Shown piece after piece: positions 50,355-64,000 of a DNA stretch of 64,000 nt. How positions within the stretch are numbered: the first letter of the stretch is position 1; each line of letters opens with the position of its first letter. Origin of the DNA: Lama guanicoe (taxonomy: Eukaryota); assembly GCA_013239625.1 (NCBI GenBank), contig MU053559.1, positions 558,001 to 622,000 on the forward strand. The letters are read 5' to 3'. The notes beneath the pieces are model-generated. The model was not told the DNA's origin. It saw only the letters and a list, made by a program, of their open reading frames with translations, and searched no databases. The position numbers were made by a program, and so were the translations under genes.

Positions 50355-50784
50355 AGGGATGTGCTGGTAAATGGTTAACAATTAGCTCTTTAGGTGGAGA
50401 GGGAGAGGAAGCCCTGATTTCTAACATTTACCAGTTTCCATGGTTTGCATACTATCATCTTGTCACATTTCAACTTACCAACGTGTAGTCACGGAACACA
50501 GAGTTTGAAAGAGATGCAGTAGTGCACCATTGTGTGTTATTTTTACCATACAGTTAAAATTAGGGGTAAATGACCTCAGGAGCACAGAAATAATGAAATG
50601 TAGTAAAATAATAACTAGAAAGTGATGTTTTGAGTATCACCTTTTAAAATCGAATTTATTTAATTGTAAGTCTATGCCATTTTATTTTTAATAATAGCTG
50701 TGTTTAACAACCAGTTTGCAAAATTTCTGAAAATTGAACCAGCAGCTCTGCAAACGTATACAATTAGGCTCCAGCTCATAACTG
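50355..50784. mobile_element. MER63-like hAT DNA transposon inside a MIR
   Basis: CAGGGATGTGCTGGTAAATGGTTAACAA ... GGCTCCAGCTCATAACTG ends. Confidence 0.65.
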
Positions 50785-52439
50785 AACCCTTTCCTTTAAC
50801 TCATTTTAATCCTTGCAACCACCATATGAGGTGATTACTGTAATTATCACAGTTTACATGAGGAAAAGGAGACAAAGGAGGACATATATATATACATATA
50901 TACATAATTATATTAGATATATAAACATACGATATAGAAATATATAGTGATATATATTATTAACTAGTATATAAATTATATATTAGTAAGCAAATATAAG
51001 TATAAATATGCCATAATATGTAAATGTAAGAAAATATATATATTTTAGCATTTTGTACAGTGTATATATAAAGTATACAAATCATGTAAATGTATGTGCT
51101 GATAAATATGTAAATCTGCTAGTATCTATATGCATCTACTTACTAAAGTAATTGTACTAAATGTAAATATACTATTAAGTGTATAAATATAGAATGTTGT
51201 GTCAGGTGGTGATAAAAGCTGTGAAGAATAATAAAGTAGGGTGAAAGGAATGGAGAGTAAGCCGGGTCGAATTGCTGTTGTAGACAGCGCGGTCAGGGAA
51301 GGCTTTCTGAGGAGCTGAAGGGGAGCACACCCTAGGAGTATTTGGAGGAAGAGCATTCCAGGCAGAGGGAACACCAAGTGCAAAGACCCTGAAGCGGGAA
51401 CAAGCTTGGCGAGTAGTCAAAGAACTGAACAATCGATTCATCACTCCTTAGAAATGTGAGCTTCGCTAGGCAGGGGTTTCTGTTGTTTTGTTCACTGCTG
51501 CCTCCCAGGCACCTAGAATAGGGGCCCGGCCCACGGTTGGTGTTCCGGGGATGTTTGCTGAATTCACCCTTTTGTTGCTTTTCTCCTTCACTCTCTCCTT
51601 AGCGGTGTGCTTTGCGTTTCTGCTGGACCCTGGGAGGAGGCGTGGACCGACGAGCAGAGACGCGGAAAGCACCTCCTGGAGAGCTAGGGAGGAAGCCAGA
51701 GCTTGTCAGCGGAGTTCAAGGGCGTTGCGGGGGGCGGTGGGAACACGGCTCCCCTGCGGAGGTGAGCAAGTGTGAGAAAGCAAGGATTCAAGCCACCAGG
51801 CCGCTGCCCTACGGAGAGGAGGGGGTGCCAGGGTTTGGGGGCCCGTGTTCATCCTGTGGGACGCTTCCCACGTCCTGTTTTCTTGCCTCTCCCAAAGAGG
51901 ATGTTTAATTTTTCGCAAAGAAACTTGCTTCCTCCAGCAGGGCCAGGGGATTGGGGGACAGCCGCCAGGCTCTGAACTCCCCAGGCTCTTCCCGAAGTAG
52001 AGTGTCGACCTGCAGCTCCCACCCGGCACCCCACTGAGTGTAAAGGTGTCCTCCCTTCAGCCTCCTGAAGAGGTCAAGGATAGGGGAGCTGCCAGGCCCG
52101 CTCTGTGCCGAAGGGCATCTTACCACGTGAAGGAAAGCGAGAGCCCGAGGTGGTCCAGGCGCGGGGGATCAGACACTGATTCAGAAGGCCTTGCAATCTG
52201 GGGCTACTTTGAGGGACGGAAGAGTGATCCGTGGGGAGCCTGCATGAAAAGAGAGATTAGAATCCTAAATCCAGCCCAGTGGGGGGCTGCTTTCACTGGC
52301 AGGGAAGATTTCATTAATTCCTTCCACAAATACGGTTCTTTAAAAAAGTTTTTTTTAAATTTTTATTTATTTTTTTGGGGGGTAATTAGATTATTTATTT
52401 ATTTAACTTTATTTATTTATGTATTTATTTTACAATAAC

Positions 52440-53787
52440 GTATTTTTTAAACTGAAGTATAGTTGATGTACAATAGTATATGTTACAGGTATACAATATA
52501 GTGATGTACAGTTTTTAAAGGTTAGGGTATAGTTATTAAAAAATAGTGGCTCTATTCCCCATGTTGTACATCCTTGTAGCTTACTTTATACCTGCTAGTT
52601 TGTACCTCTTAATCCTCCACCTCCATCTTGCCCCTCCCCCTTCCTTTTCCCCACTGGTAACCACTAGTTCCTTCTCTACATCTGTGAGTCTGTTTCTTCT
52701 CTGTTATATTCACTAGTTTGTTGTATTTTTTTAGATTCCACATGTAAGTGATATCTTACAGTTTTTGTCTTTCTCTGTCTGACTCATTTAACTTAGCATA
52801 ATGCCCTCCAAGTCCATCCATGCTGTACACCAGAAACTAATAAAACATTTAAAATCAGCTGTACTTCAGTTAAAAAGCAAGCAAGCAAACAAACAACCCA
52901 TTTAAAATATGGGCAGAGGAACTGAAAAAACATTTTTCCAGAAGAGGAAATGCAGATGTCCAACAGGAGCATCAAAAGCTGCTCAACATCACCAACATCA
53001 GGGAAATGCAAATCCAAATCACAATTAGATATCACCTCACACCTGTCAGAATGGCCATCATCAAGCAGAACACAAATAACAAATGTTGACAAGGATGTGG
53101 AGAAAAGGGAACCCCCTGTACACTGTTGGTGGGAATGTACACGGGTGCAGCCACCATGGAAAACAATATGGAGATTTCTCAAAAACCCAAAAACCGAACC
53201 ACCACATGGCCCAGAAATTCCACTCCTGGGCATATACCCAAGAAAAACAAAAACATTAATTCAAAAAGATACACACACCCCGCTATTAACAGCAGCATTG
53301 TTGACAATCACCAAGACATGGAAGCATCCCAAGTGTACATCAATAGATGCATGGATAAAGATGTAGCATATATATGAAATGGAATACAACTCACCCACGA
53401 AAAAGGATATGTTGCCATTTGTGGCGCTTCATTCACTGTTTTTTTTCCACTTCAAAAACCAGAATTTTATAAGTGGCATAAACATTTCCATTACATCAAA
53501 AACAACCAAATACCTAGAAATAAACCTAACCAAGAAGGTTACTTATACTCTGAAAACTATAAAACACAGATGAAGGAAATTGAAGATGATACAAAGAAAT
53601 GGAAAGATACCTTATGTTCTTGGATTGAAAGAATTAACATTGTCAAAATGGCTATACTACCCAAAGTAATCTACAGATCCAAAGCAACCCCTGTCAAAAT
53701 GCCCATGACATTTTTCACAGAACTAGAACAAACAATTCCAAAATGTATATGGAACCACAAAAGACCCTGAACTGCCAAAGCAATCCT
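52440..53787. mobile_element. Mosaic of L1 3' fragments in both orientations
   Basis: Antisense 3'UTR 52440-52822; sense ORF2 pieces ([13 protein letters not shown]...[15 protein letters not shown], 53570-53770). Confidence 0.8.
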
Positions 53788-56090
53788 TTGTAGGTCTTTT
53801 ATTCTCTTCTTTTTGTTCTCTTTTCTTGTGATTTGATGACAAGAGAAGTTCCTTTAACATTTATTGTAAAGCTGGTTTGGTGGTGCTGAAATCTTTTAGC
53901 TTTTGTTTATTTGTGAAGCTTTTGATTTCTCCATCAAATCTGAACGAGAGCCTTGCTGGATAGAGTATTCTTGGCTGTAAGTTTTCCACTTCCATCACTT
54001 TAAATATATCATGCCATTCCCTTCTGGCCTGTGGAGTTTCTGCTGAAAAATCAGCTGATAACCTTATGGGAGTTCCCCGATATGTTATTTGTTGCTTTTC
54101 TCTTGCTGATTTTAATATTTTCTCCTTATCCTTAATTGTTGTCAGTTTGATTACTATGTGCCTTGGTGTGTTCCTCTTTGGGTCGATCCTGTGCAGAACT
54201 GTTTCCACTTCCTGGACCTGGGTGACTGTTTACTTTCTCAAGTTGGGGAAGTTTTCAGTTATCTCTTCAAAAATTTTCTCAGATCCTTTCTCTCTCTTTT
54301 CTCTTTCTGGGACCCCATGTTGTCCCAGAGTTCTCTTAAACTATCCTCATCTCTTTTTCTTTTTTTTTTTAAAGACGTTTATATTTTATTTTAAGGGCAT
54401 TTCTAAAAAGTATTCTGTTCCATCTAGAAAATTAGCACTCCAAATCCTTTTTATTTTAAAATTGTATATTGTTATTTCAAAAGTAATTGTTAACTTCAAA
54501 CAAGTCCAGACTTCTATAACGTAAAACACGAGAGACGGCCCCTCATGCCTCCTGAATTTCTTCTTTGCAAGGATGTTTACATATTCTGTCAGGGCTTTCT
54601 GTACATCCCTGCAACGTGTGCATCACACACACAGTTCACCTTTAAGTAAAAGATAAACTATCCCCATTTCTATTCATTCTTTTTTTTCCTTTCTCTGTTC
54701 TGCAGTAGTGATTTCCACTAATCTGTCTTCTAGCTGACTGATCCGTTCTTCTGCCTCATTTAGTCTATTCTTGGTTCCGTCTAGTGTGTTAGTCATTTCA
54801 GTAATTTTATTCTTCAACTCTATTTGGGTATTCTTTCTATTTTCCAACTCTTTGCTAAAAACTCTGCTCTGTGCACAAATACTCCTCTTGAGTTCTCTGA
54901 ACATCTTTACCATCATTACTTTAAACTCTTTCTCAGATGAATTGCCTGTCTCCTCAACATTTATTTCTTCTTCCGGGATTTTATCTTGTGCCTTGGCCTG
55001 GGAGATATTCCTCTGCCGCCTCATGTTGTCTGTCTTTCTATTTGTATTTTTAGGTAGTTTAGTTACGTTTCTCGACCTTGGAGAAGTGGCCCTCAGTGGG
55101 AGATGTCCTATGCGTTCCAGCAGTGCACTCCTCTCTTGTCACCCAAGGGCCAGGGTCCAGCCGGTCCCAGTGTAGAGTCTGGCCTGTTTGTGGCTTCCTT
55201 CCATAGGCTTTGGGATTGTTGTTTTCTTATTTCTGGTATCTGCCCCCTGGTGGCTTATGCAGGTTTCCTGGTGGCTGCCCACTGCTGTGTGAAGCTTGGT
55301 CCTGGTCCTCTGGTGGGTAGGTCCATGTCTGGAGGAGTTTGTGGCTCAGGAAGTCTGCTGATGGGTGGGGCTATGTTCCCACCCAGTATGTTGTTTGGCC
55401 TCAGGCTTCCCAGCGCTTAAGCCTACAGGCTGTTGCGTGGGGCTAGGTCTTGGTGCTAATGATCCAGTCAAGATGCCAGCCTTCAGGAAAGCTCATGTGG
55501 ATGAACACCCTCAGATTGTCTGCCGCCAGCTTTTATGTCCCCTGGGTGAGCCGCAGCCATCCCCTACCACCCTAGGAGATCTTCCAAAACCAGCAGGCAG
55601 GCCTGGCCCAGGTTCCTATGAAATCACTGCCTCTGCCCTTGGACCCGGGGCACGCCAGATTCTGTGTTCGTTTCCCAAAAGAATGAAGTCTCTGTCCCAT
55701 GGGGCTCCTGGAGTCAGTTAAGCCCCGCTGGCCTTCAAAACCAGATGTCCTGGGGTCTCCTCCTCCTCCCATTGCCAGAACCCCAAGCTGGGGAGCCTGA
55801 CGTGGGGCTCAGAACTCCCACTCCTGTGGGAGGGCCTCCACGATTTAATTACTCTCCAGCTTGTGGGTGGCCTACCTGGCAGGTAATGTGACCCGATTGT
55901 ATCGAGAGCACGCCCCTCCTACCGTCCTGCTGTGGTTCCCTCTTTATGTTTCCAGCTGAAGAAGATCTTTTTTGCTAGGTTTCAGTCTCTTTTTTTTCTT
56001 GATGGCTGTTTAGCAGTCAGTTGTAGTTTTGTTGTAGTCGTGAGAATAGGCGAGCTCGTGGTCCTACCACTCTGCCATCTTGATTGGAAA
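53788..56090 (-). mobile_element. L1 5' portion (5'UTR and degenerate ORF1)
   Basis: ORF1-like MRRQRNISQAKAQDK...AEERISQLEDR (55024-54674) and TPRHIVIKL...IRLSADFSAET...ARREW (54208-53861). Confidence 0.9.
54355..54653 (-). pseudogene. 5'-truncated mRNA retrocopy (3'UTR only) inserted in L1 ORF1
   Basis: poly(A) as T-run to 54370; AATAAA at 54390-54385; 18-bp TSD TAAACTATCC(T/C)CAT(C/T)TCT at 54337 and 54654. Confidence 0.7.
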
Positions 56091-56096
56091 TCCTCT

Positions 56097-56192
56097 ATTT
56101 ATTTATTTTTAGTGGAGGTACTGGAGATTGAGCCCAGGCTCTCATGCGTGCTAAGCATGTGCTCTACCACTGAGCTACACCCTCCCCACCCC
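56097..56192 (-). mobile_element. Vic-1-type SINE
   Basis: Reverse body. Confidence 0.8.
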
Positions 56193-59100
56193 AAATACAT
56201 TCTTGAGCTATTACTGAATGCCAAGCGTTGTTCTTAGCGCTTTACCTGTATTCATTCATTCATTCTTCCCAAGGGCCCTGAGTTAGGCAGTAGTCCGCCC
56301 GCCCGAGGGAAGCTGAGACAGTGAGGGATTTCCAAACTCGCTCCTGGCCGCAGGGCTCCTAAGTGGCAGGGCTGGGAAAGCTCGCGCTGCGAACGGCTCT
56401 GCTCTGAGGCTCCCTCCCCTGAAGGCTGCTGAGCACTGACCTGTTTTAATGAAAAGCAGGAGTCTGCTTAGAAGAACTGACAACCTAAGCTGACTTTTAA
56501 CAGACTCGATAGTAATCCCAAAGGTCACACGAGGGATTGCTTTACTGAACCAACAAAAGCTTTAAATGACCCGGAGAAAGGGCCCTACTTTGATGAACTA
56601 ACAAAGCAGTCTTATTCCTGGCACAGCCTCAAGGCCTCTGTCAAGCTTAAAGACATCTGTTCCTTCTAAGCAGGCTGCCTCTGCAGCCAGATTTCACTTT
56701 CCCTTTGTTTTTCCTTCTACCAGCATATGTTGAACACCTGCTATTTGCAATGCCCTGAAACTTAGCTGAGTTCTGGGGAGCAGAGCTGGATGAAGGTTCG
56801 TCCCACCTCTAGAAGAGTTCATTTGGCAGAAATAAAAATAGTAATAAAGAGCATATGACACCTGATGAGTGGCATTTATTGAGCACCCGCTGTGTGCCAG
56901 GTGGCCCTGGGCTTGGTCAGAGTTGGAGGGTCTTGGGTGGCCCTGGGAGGGGAGGAAAATGATCAAAGCAGGCAGCTGCTGCTGGGAGGTGAGTGCATTT
57001 GTTTTTGGGGGGTGCACTAGTTCTTTGGATGGGACACTTCAAACTTTTCTTGAAATCTAGACACCTGCCTAGATCCCCCCTCCTTCTTCCTTAGCCATTT
57101 GGATCAAGGTCTCTCCTGGCAGGTGCCTCTTTCCCTGGCCGGCCTGGAGCACAGATATAATGTGCATGTGTGAACACCCTAAGTGTATCTCATCTGCCTG
57201 TACCTGTTCTCAGCCACGACATGTATGTGAGCCCTACGTGTGTCTGACTATGTAACTTGCCTGGCTGTGTCTTGTGTCTATGGCTTTCTTTCCAACTCAT
57301 GTGTTTCCTCTTGGGTGGCTGTGTGTTGGTCCCGTCTGTTTGTGTTTATCTGTCTCCCCGCTGTGTGTGTGTCTCCAATGTCTGTGTGTCTTTCTTTGCC
57401 ACCGCGTTTGAGTCTTTCTTGGTGAGCGGCTGGAATTACGTGTGCCCTAGGGGTATTTCTTTTGGTGCCACTGTATGTGTATTATCTGGTTCCTATATTT
57501 CCTCTTCATGCAGCTTTAGGGTTATTTTCTGGATTTCCTCTTTGTCATGGTAGTAAGTATACTCTCTGCATCCCTGCTTTTCCAGTTTATGCACCTGCGC
57601 ATGCATTCCGTGGGCACTTCTCCTCTGACTTGACTTGTGAATAGCTGTGCCTGTCCCCGGCTGTGTGCACCTGTCTGCGTGAATGCATTTGTGCTTGTGT
57701 CTGTGACCGTGGCTTCTCCGTCTGTACAGTCGTCTCTGTCTGTGACCAGCACTGTCTGTGGTCACCAGTCCACACACAAGTTCACATGCACAGAGGTGTC
57801 ATTCTAGAGGCTGAGTCCGGACACTGACCTCCAGGGCTGCCTGAACTGTGTGTGTGTGTGCAGGAGACACTGGGCCTGTGTATGATGTTGTCGGCTGTGT
57901 GGAATCATATTTGTCTGTGTGGGTGTGAGTTTGTGTGTGATTTGCCTGTTGCAGTTCTCCTTCGTGTGGCTGTGAGTCCACGGGCAATGAGTCTGTGGCG
58001 GCTGTGAAATGGTGTGAGCGCATCCCTGTATCTGTCAGTGATCGCTGGGTGCGTCTGGGTGATGATACCCGTGAGACTAAGTCACTCTTTGTGGCTATCT
58101 GTGGCTGTCCCATGACCTGGGTTCTCCGCGTGCGGTCTGAGTGTGTTCACACCCGTCAGCCTGTATTCTCTGTGCATGGCTGTGAGTCTGAATGAGAGTT
58201 GGTACCTCTATGGGTAATGTTGAGTTCACCTCCGTCTCTAAGCTCCTGGATGGGGCTGTGATCCCTGAGCGTGTGGGACTTCTCCTGCTGTGGGGAAGTA
58301 GCCGCCCCATCCCTTGCCCTCCTCCAGCTGCAGGGGGGCGGGTGGTGGTGGGAGCCTCCGGGCTAGCTTTGAAGCCCCAGCCAGCCCCTGGCCTTTCCGG
58401 GAATTCTGTGCTCCCGGTCGGGGGTGGGCAGGTGGGTGGAGAGGCCCAGACAGAGGCCTCTTGTCCACCTGGCCCTCAGGCAGCCCAGACCCCATGTCCA
58501 CCCGGCCTGACTTCCTACAAGAGACACATGCCTTGCCTGAGATAGACATGCCTGTCACATGTCTGAATGGAGTCGACAGACCCCTATATAAGAGAGACAG
58601 CCAGCCAGCCACCCAGTGGGGCTCCTCAGTGAGGGTGTGGACGGGCTCCACCCAACGCCTGGGCTGGGGTCCAGGACTTCAGGGTGTGCCTAATTTGCAG
58701 GCAGCGTGTATGCACACTCTCCACCCAACTACAAATGCCCTCCCTGCCTCCCTCTGGGGACCCCCAAGGTCTAGGGTCCTGTCTCAGCTGGGCCTGGCCG
58801 TGTCTATCCCTGTACCTGTCCCACTGCTGTCCCCAGGCCTGTCTGCTCCTCCTCTGCCTGGATCTGACTTTCTTTGCCTGTTACCATCGGCCCCTCCATG
58901 GGTCTCTCTGCCTCAACCACTCCCTCTATCCCCTTGGCTCTCTGGGCCGGTGTGTCTGTTCCTAACCTCTGTTTGGGGATGTGTCTGGCTGTGTCCACCT
59001 GCCCATCTGCCAGTGTGTCTCCTGTTTATTACTGGGCCTGACCGCCTGCTGCATTCATCCAGGTGCTCATGGGAGCCCCTCCTTGCCCACTGTTTCTGAG

Positions 59101-59459
59101 TCTGTCTGTACATCTCTTTCTCCCCCAACTGCCCCTCTGCCTGTCTACCGCTCCCCGTCTTTGTCTCCTCTTCGTCTGCCTGCCTGTTTCTATTCATGGT
59201 GGTGTCTCTCACTATCTGTCTCTTTTCTGCCGCTTCCCGCCGTCCACCCCATCTCGCTGTGTGTCTGACCCTGAGTCAGTTCCGTATGTCTGTCCGTTCC
59301 TCTCTCTAGGTGTGGATCTACACCCTCAATATTTCAGTCCATCTCCCCCAGTGGGTCCAAATGAGGGGAGGCACCCGCCTCCCACCCTCCCCTTCCCCTG
59401 CCCAGAACCAGAAGAGGGAAAGTGAATTAAAGTTAAAACTTTACAGGAAAAAAAAAATC

Positions 59460-59634
59460 CTCGGGCCAAATGGGGCGCGGGCAGTGCTGATTAGCCACAG
59501 AGCAAGTCGGCACTGCTGATTGGTCACAGGGCGGGCGAAGGCAGGGGCTGGCTGAGCGCGAGCCGCCCCGGCGGTGGGGTCCCAGATCCCTAGTCTGAGT
59601 TGCTGCCGCTTCAGGAGCTGAGAGGAGCAGGGAG
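59460..59634 (+). promoter_or_regulatory. SLC38A5: SLC38A5 promoter and probable non-coding exon 1
   Basis: CpG-rich patch; CTGATTGG (inverted CCAAT) at 59516-59523; GC box at ~59528; donor GAG|gtgagg after 59634. Confidence 0.65.
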
Positions 59635-60987
59635 GTGAGGAGAGGGCGCTGGTCATCGAGGGGGGCTCCTGAGACCCCTGAGGCACGAATAGGGGTCCTG
59701 GGAGGGGACTCGGGGATTCCCCAGAGACATTTTCAGTACTAGTGCGAAATTGAATGGGAGGGGGAGTCCTTTTGGTACCCTGATCCCAGGAAGTGAATTC
59801 AGGAGTGGGTGGGAGTCTCCAGAGGGTGCTCCTGGCTGACGATGGGGCTCCTTGAGAACCTTCCCCGACCCAGGAAGGGGATTTGTGTCTCGGGTAGGGG
59901 GGTTTCTGGAGGCAGTTTTAGCTATGATGGGGACCTCGAATGGGGGTTTCTGAGATAAGGCATTCCCTGGGAGTGAGATGGGGCGGGGGGGGGGGGGAGA
60001 TTTCAGAGATACTCCATTCCAGAAGACAAGGGCTCCAGGCTGGCATGGGGATTGCAGGGACACCTCATCCCAAGAAACATCAGGCCTTGGGAAGGGGCTT
60101 TCGATGATTATCTCAGAGACGGCCCATCCTTACCAGGGGAAATGAAGGCTCTAGCCAGGTCTCTGAGACATTCCAAGTCCAGAAAGGATCTCAAGTCTCG
60201 CAGTGTCTCCAAAGTGACTTCTACTAAAATAGGAGTGTGGAAGGCTTGACAAGGGTCCTAGAAAATACCTCTCTCTAAGAGAGAAGGAGGATTAAATTCG
60301 GGTCCTTGGGTCACTTCTGTCCCTGGCAGACGGCTCAGTTTAGGGAATTGCCTTTGGCCTCCAGTGAGAATATTCAGAGTTGTGGCAGAGAACAGCCTGC
60401 CACGTCCCGGGGCTGGGGTCTCCAATCCCTCCCCCCAGCCCCAACCTCTTCCACAGGGTGCATCAGCTCTGGGCTCAGGCTCACGGCCCAGGCGGGGAGG
60501 AAAGGAGTGAGAGGCCCGACCACGCGGTGAGGGTGGAGGGAAGGAGGGGGTGCGCGGGGGAGCGGGGGAGCGGGGACGGAAAGAGACGGACAGCAAGAGA
60601 GAGTGAGTCTGGGGTCTGGGAGGAGAGGTGATCCCAGCTCCAGATGTCCATCCCTTCTGCTGCAGGGTCAGTCTCTCTCTCTCTGTCTCTCTCTCACTGC
60701 CTTCTTTTTCTCTGTGTCTCTCTGAGTAACTGTTGGCGTCTCTCCCCCTCTGATTCCCTTCTCCCTCCCATCTCTGTTGACCTCTCCCACCTGTCTTCTC
60801 CCTTCTCTCCCTTTATCTCCCCATCGCTCTCATCCCTCTGTTCCGGTTCCCCTTTCCTCATCTCTGTGTCTCTGTTTCTGTATCTGTCTTCCTCTCTTTG
60901 ACCCCCGACCCCCTGCATCTCGCTCTCTCCACTTTCTAGGTTCCCTGCTCCATCTCTGACCGCTCCCCCCGCTTCTCTGCCCACAGG

Positions 60988-62684
<1,697 letters not shown>

Positions 62685-64000
62685 GTGAGTGTGCAACACC
62701 CCTTGGCTCTGGCCCACAGACCCCTGATTCTGCCTGTGAGGTCCAGCTGCTACCTTCAACTCTCCCAGGTCTTCTATCTGGAGACCTGTTGGGCAGGCCA
62801 GTTTGGTCAGACTGTGGTTCCTGTTTATTGTGATGCCAGCAGGATGTGTGACTGTTGCTTTGACTGTAGGAGTCCAGTCCACATGTTGCTTTTTGTGACT
62901 GTTCTGGCTGATTCCATCTGGGGGGCCGATTCCATGTGTCCCAGTGTCCTCTGATTTTGACCAGGGGGCTGTGCATAATCCAGGAGACCTAAACACTGGG
63001 GTTTGCTTCTGTGGCTGTTGTACTGGTAGATTCTCTGGGCCTCTGTATGACAGCTGACTACAGCTGTGTCCTGTATAGTGTGATTCCAACCATGTGTGTT
63101 TGACATTTGCTTACTCTGACTTTCTCTGTCCCGTGGATTTCTGTTTGATTCCGAGTCCATTAGGCCGGCTGCATCTGTCTAGCGAGAAGTGTTTGGTCAC
63201 TGACTCCAACAGTGTCTGTGCACGTGTGTGTGCAGTGTACCGTGGTGCCAGCTGTGTCTGTGATTCGTTCCAACTCTGTGTGCCTGTAGACTTGAACTCT
63301 GTGTTTAATTTGCTGACCATTGTTCTGGCAAATTCTTTCTGGCTGTTTGTGTGTGATCCTCCAACTGTGACTGTGTACGTCCTCTGTATTATGGTTCTAA
63401 CCATGTGCGTTTGACTGTTGTTTTGAGTTTGCATCCAGCTGGCTGTGTGTTTGATTCTGGATCCATCTGTTAGCTCAATCTGGTCAGTGGGTTGTACATG
63501 ATAGCTGATTCTGTGTATCCTGTTAGATTTTTGGTTTGAACCTGAAACCATCCAGGTAGCTGACAGTCTACATGACTAGGTGTGTCTGATTGTTATAGTT
63601 AGTTCCCACTGTGCTCTGTTGGTTTATGTCTGTGTAACTGTGGAGAAGGTAGAAAGAGAATATGTGGATGCTTGGAACATAGGAAGCACTCTTCACAATT
63701 TATTTATTTCTTTTGAATAAATAAGCAGTTATTTGGCCAATTCTGTCTCAACAGACTCTCCCGCCTGGGCACCTCCCCCCAATATCTGTCCAGATCCTGC
63801 TCTTTTCTATGAGCTAGGTTCCAAGAGTGTGGTCAGCTGGCTGATTCTGTCTCCATTTCCATCTTTGACTCTGGCCAAATCAGCCCAGCAACTTTCAAGG
63901 CATCAACAAACCTTGAGTTGTTCATACAACCACACGTGTGTGTTTCTGACTTTTTGTGCGACTCTGCATCGTTGCCTGCTGACCAGATCATCCGACTGCC

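Noticed and set aside
50880..51200. AT-rich (TA)n-like segment
   Set aside because: Ordinary degenerate simple repeat between MIR and L2 fragments
51551..51775. Short ORF with a hydrophobic N-terminus (MFAEFTLLLLFSFTLSLAVCFAFLL)
   Set aside because: The ATG lies in an L2 3' end and the hydrophobicity reflects a T/C-rich tract; no other coding support

Overview
Mammalian X-linked gene-dense segment orthologous to human Xp11.23, read in reverse orientation. The species is most likely a camelid, judged from about 14 tRNA-derived Vic-1-type SINEs. The window holds: the probable non-coding first exon and promoter of EBP (-); a complete PORCN (-, 14 coding exons, 461 aa, including the 18-nt and 15-nt microexons); a complete FTSJ1 (-, 11 coding exons, 329 aa, with an intron in the 3'UTR); and the 5' part of SLC38A5 (+, 6 coding exons in the window). 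I derived the exon boundaries by hand; exon phases are consistent and the PORCN and FTSJ1 totals match the human protein lengths as I recall them. The most interesting unexplained signal is in the ~28-kb PORCN-FTSJ1 interval. There, a chain of unique, exon-like minus-strand blocks (Kozak ATG, ordered acceptor/donor pairs, terminal double AATAAA) looks like a decayed multi-exon gene that I cannot identify. It is preceded by a ~3.1-kb degenerate 32-bp tandem array. Other observations are degenerate strand-biased arrays beside each promoter, a chimeric L1 insertion in the FTSJ1 3'UTR, an mRNA retrocopy inside an L1, and p53/TATA and TCF motif clusters upstream of SLC38A5. Repeat family names and boundaries are from recall and are approximate.
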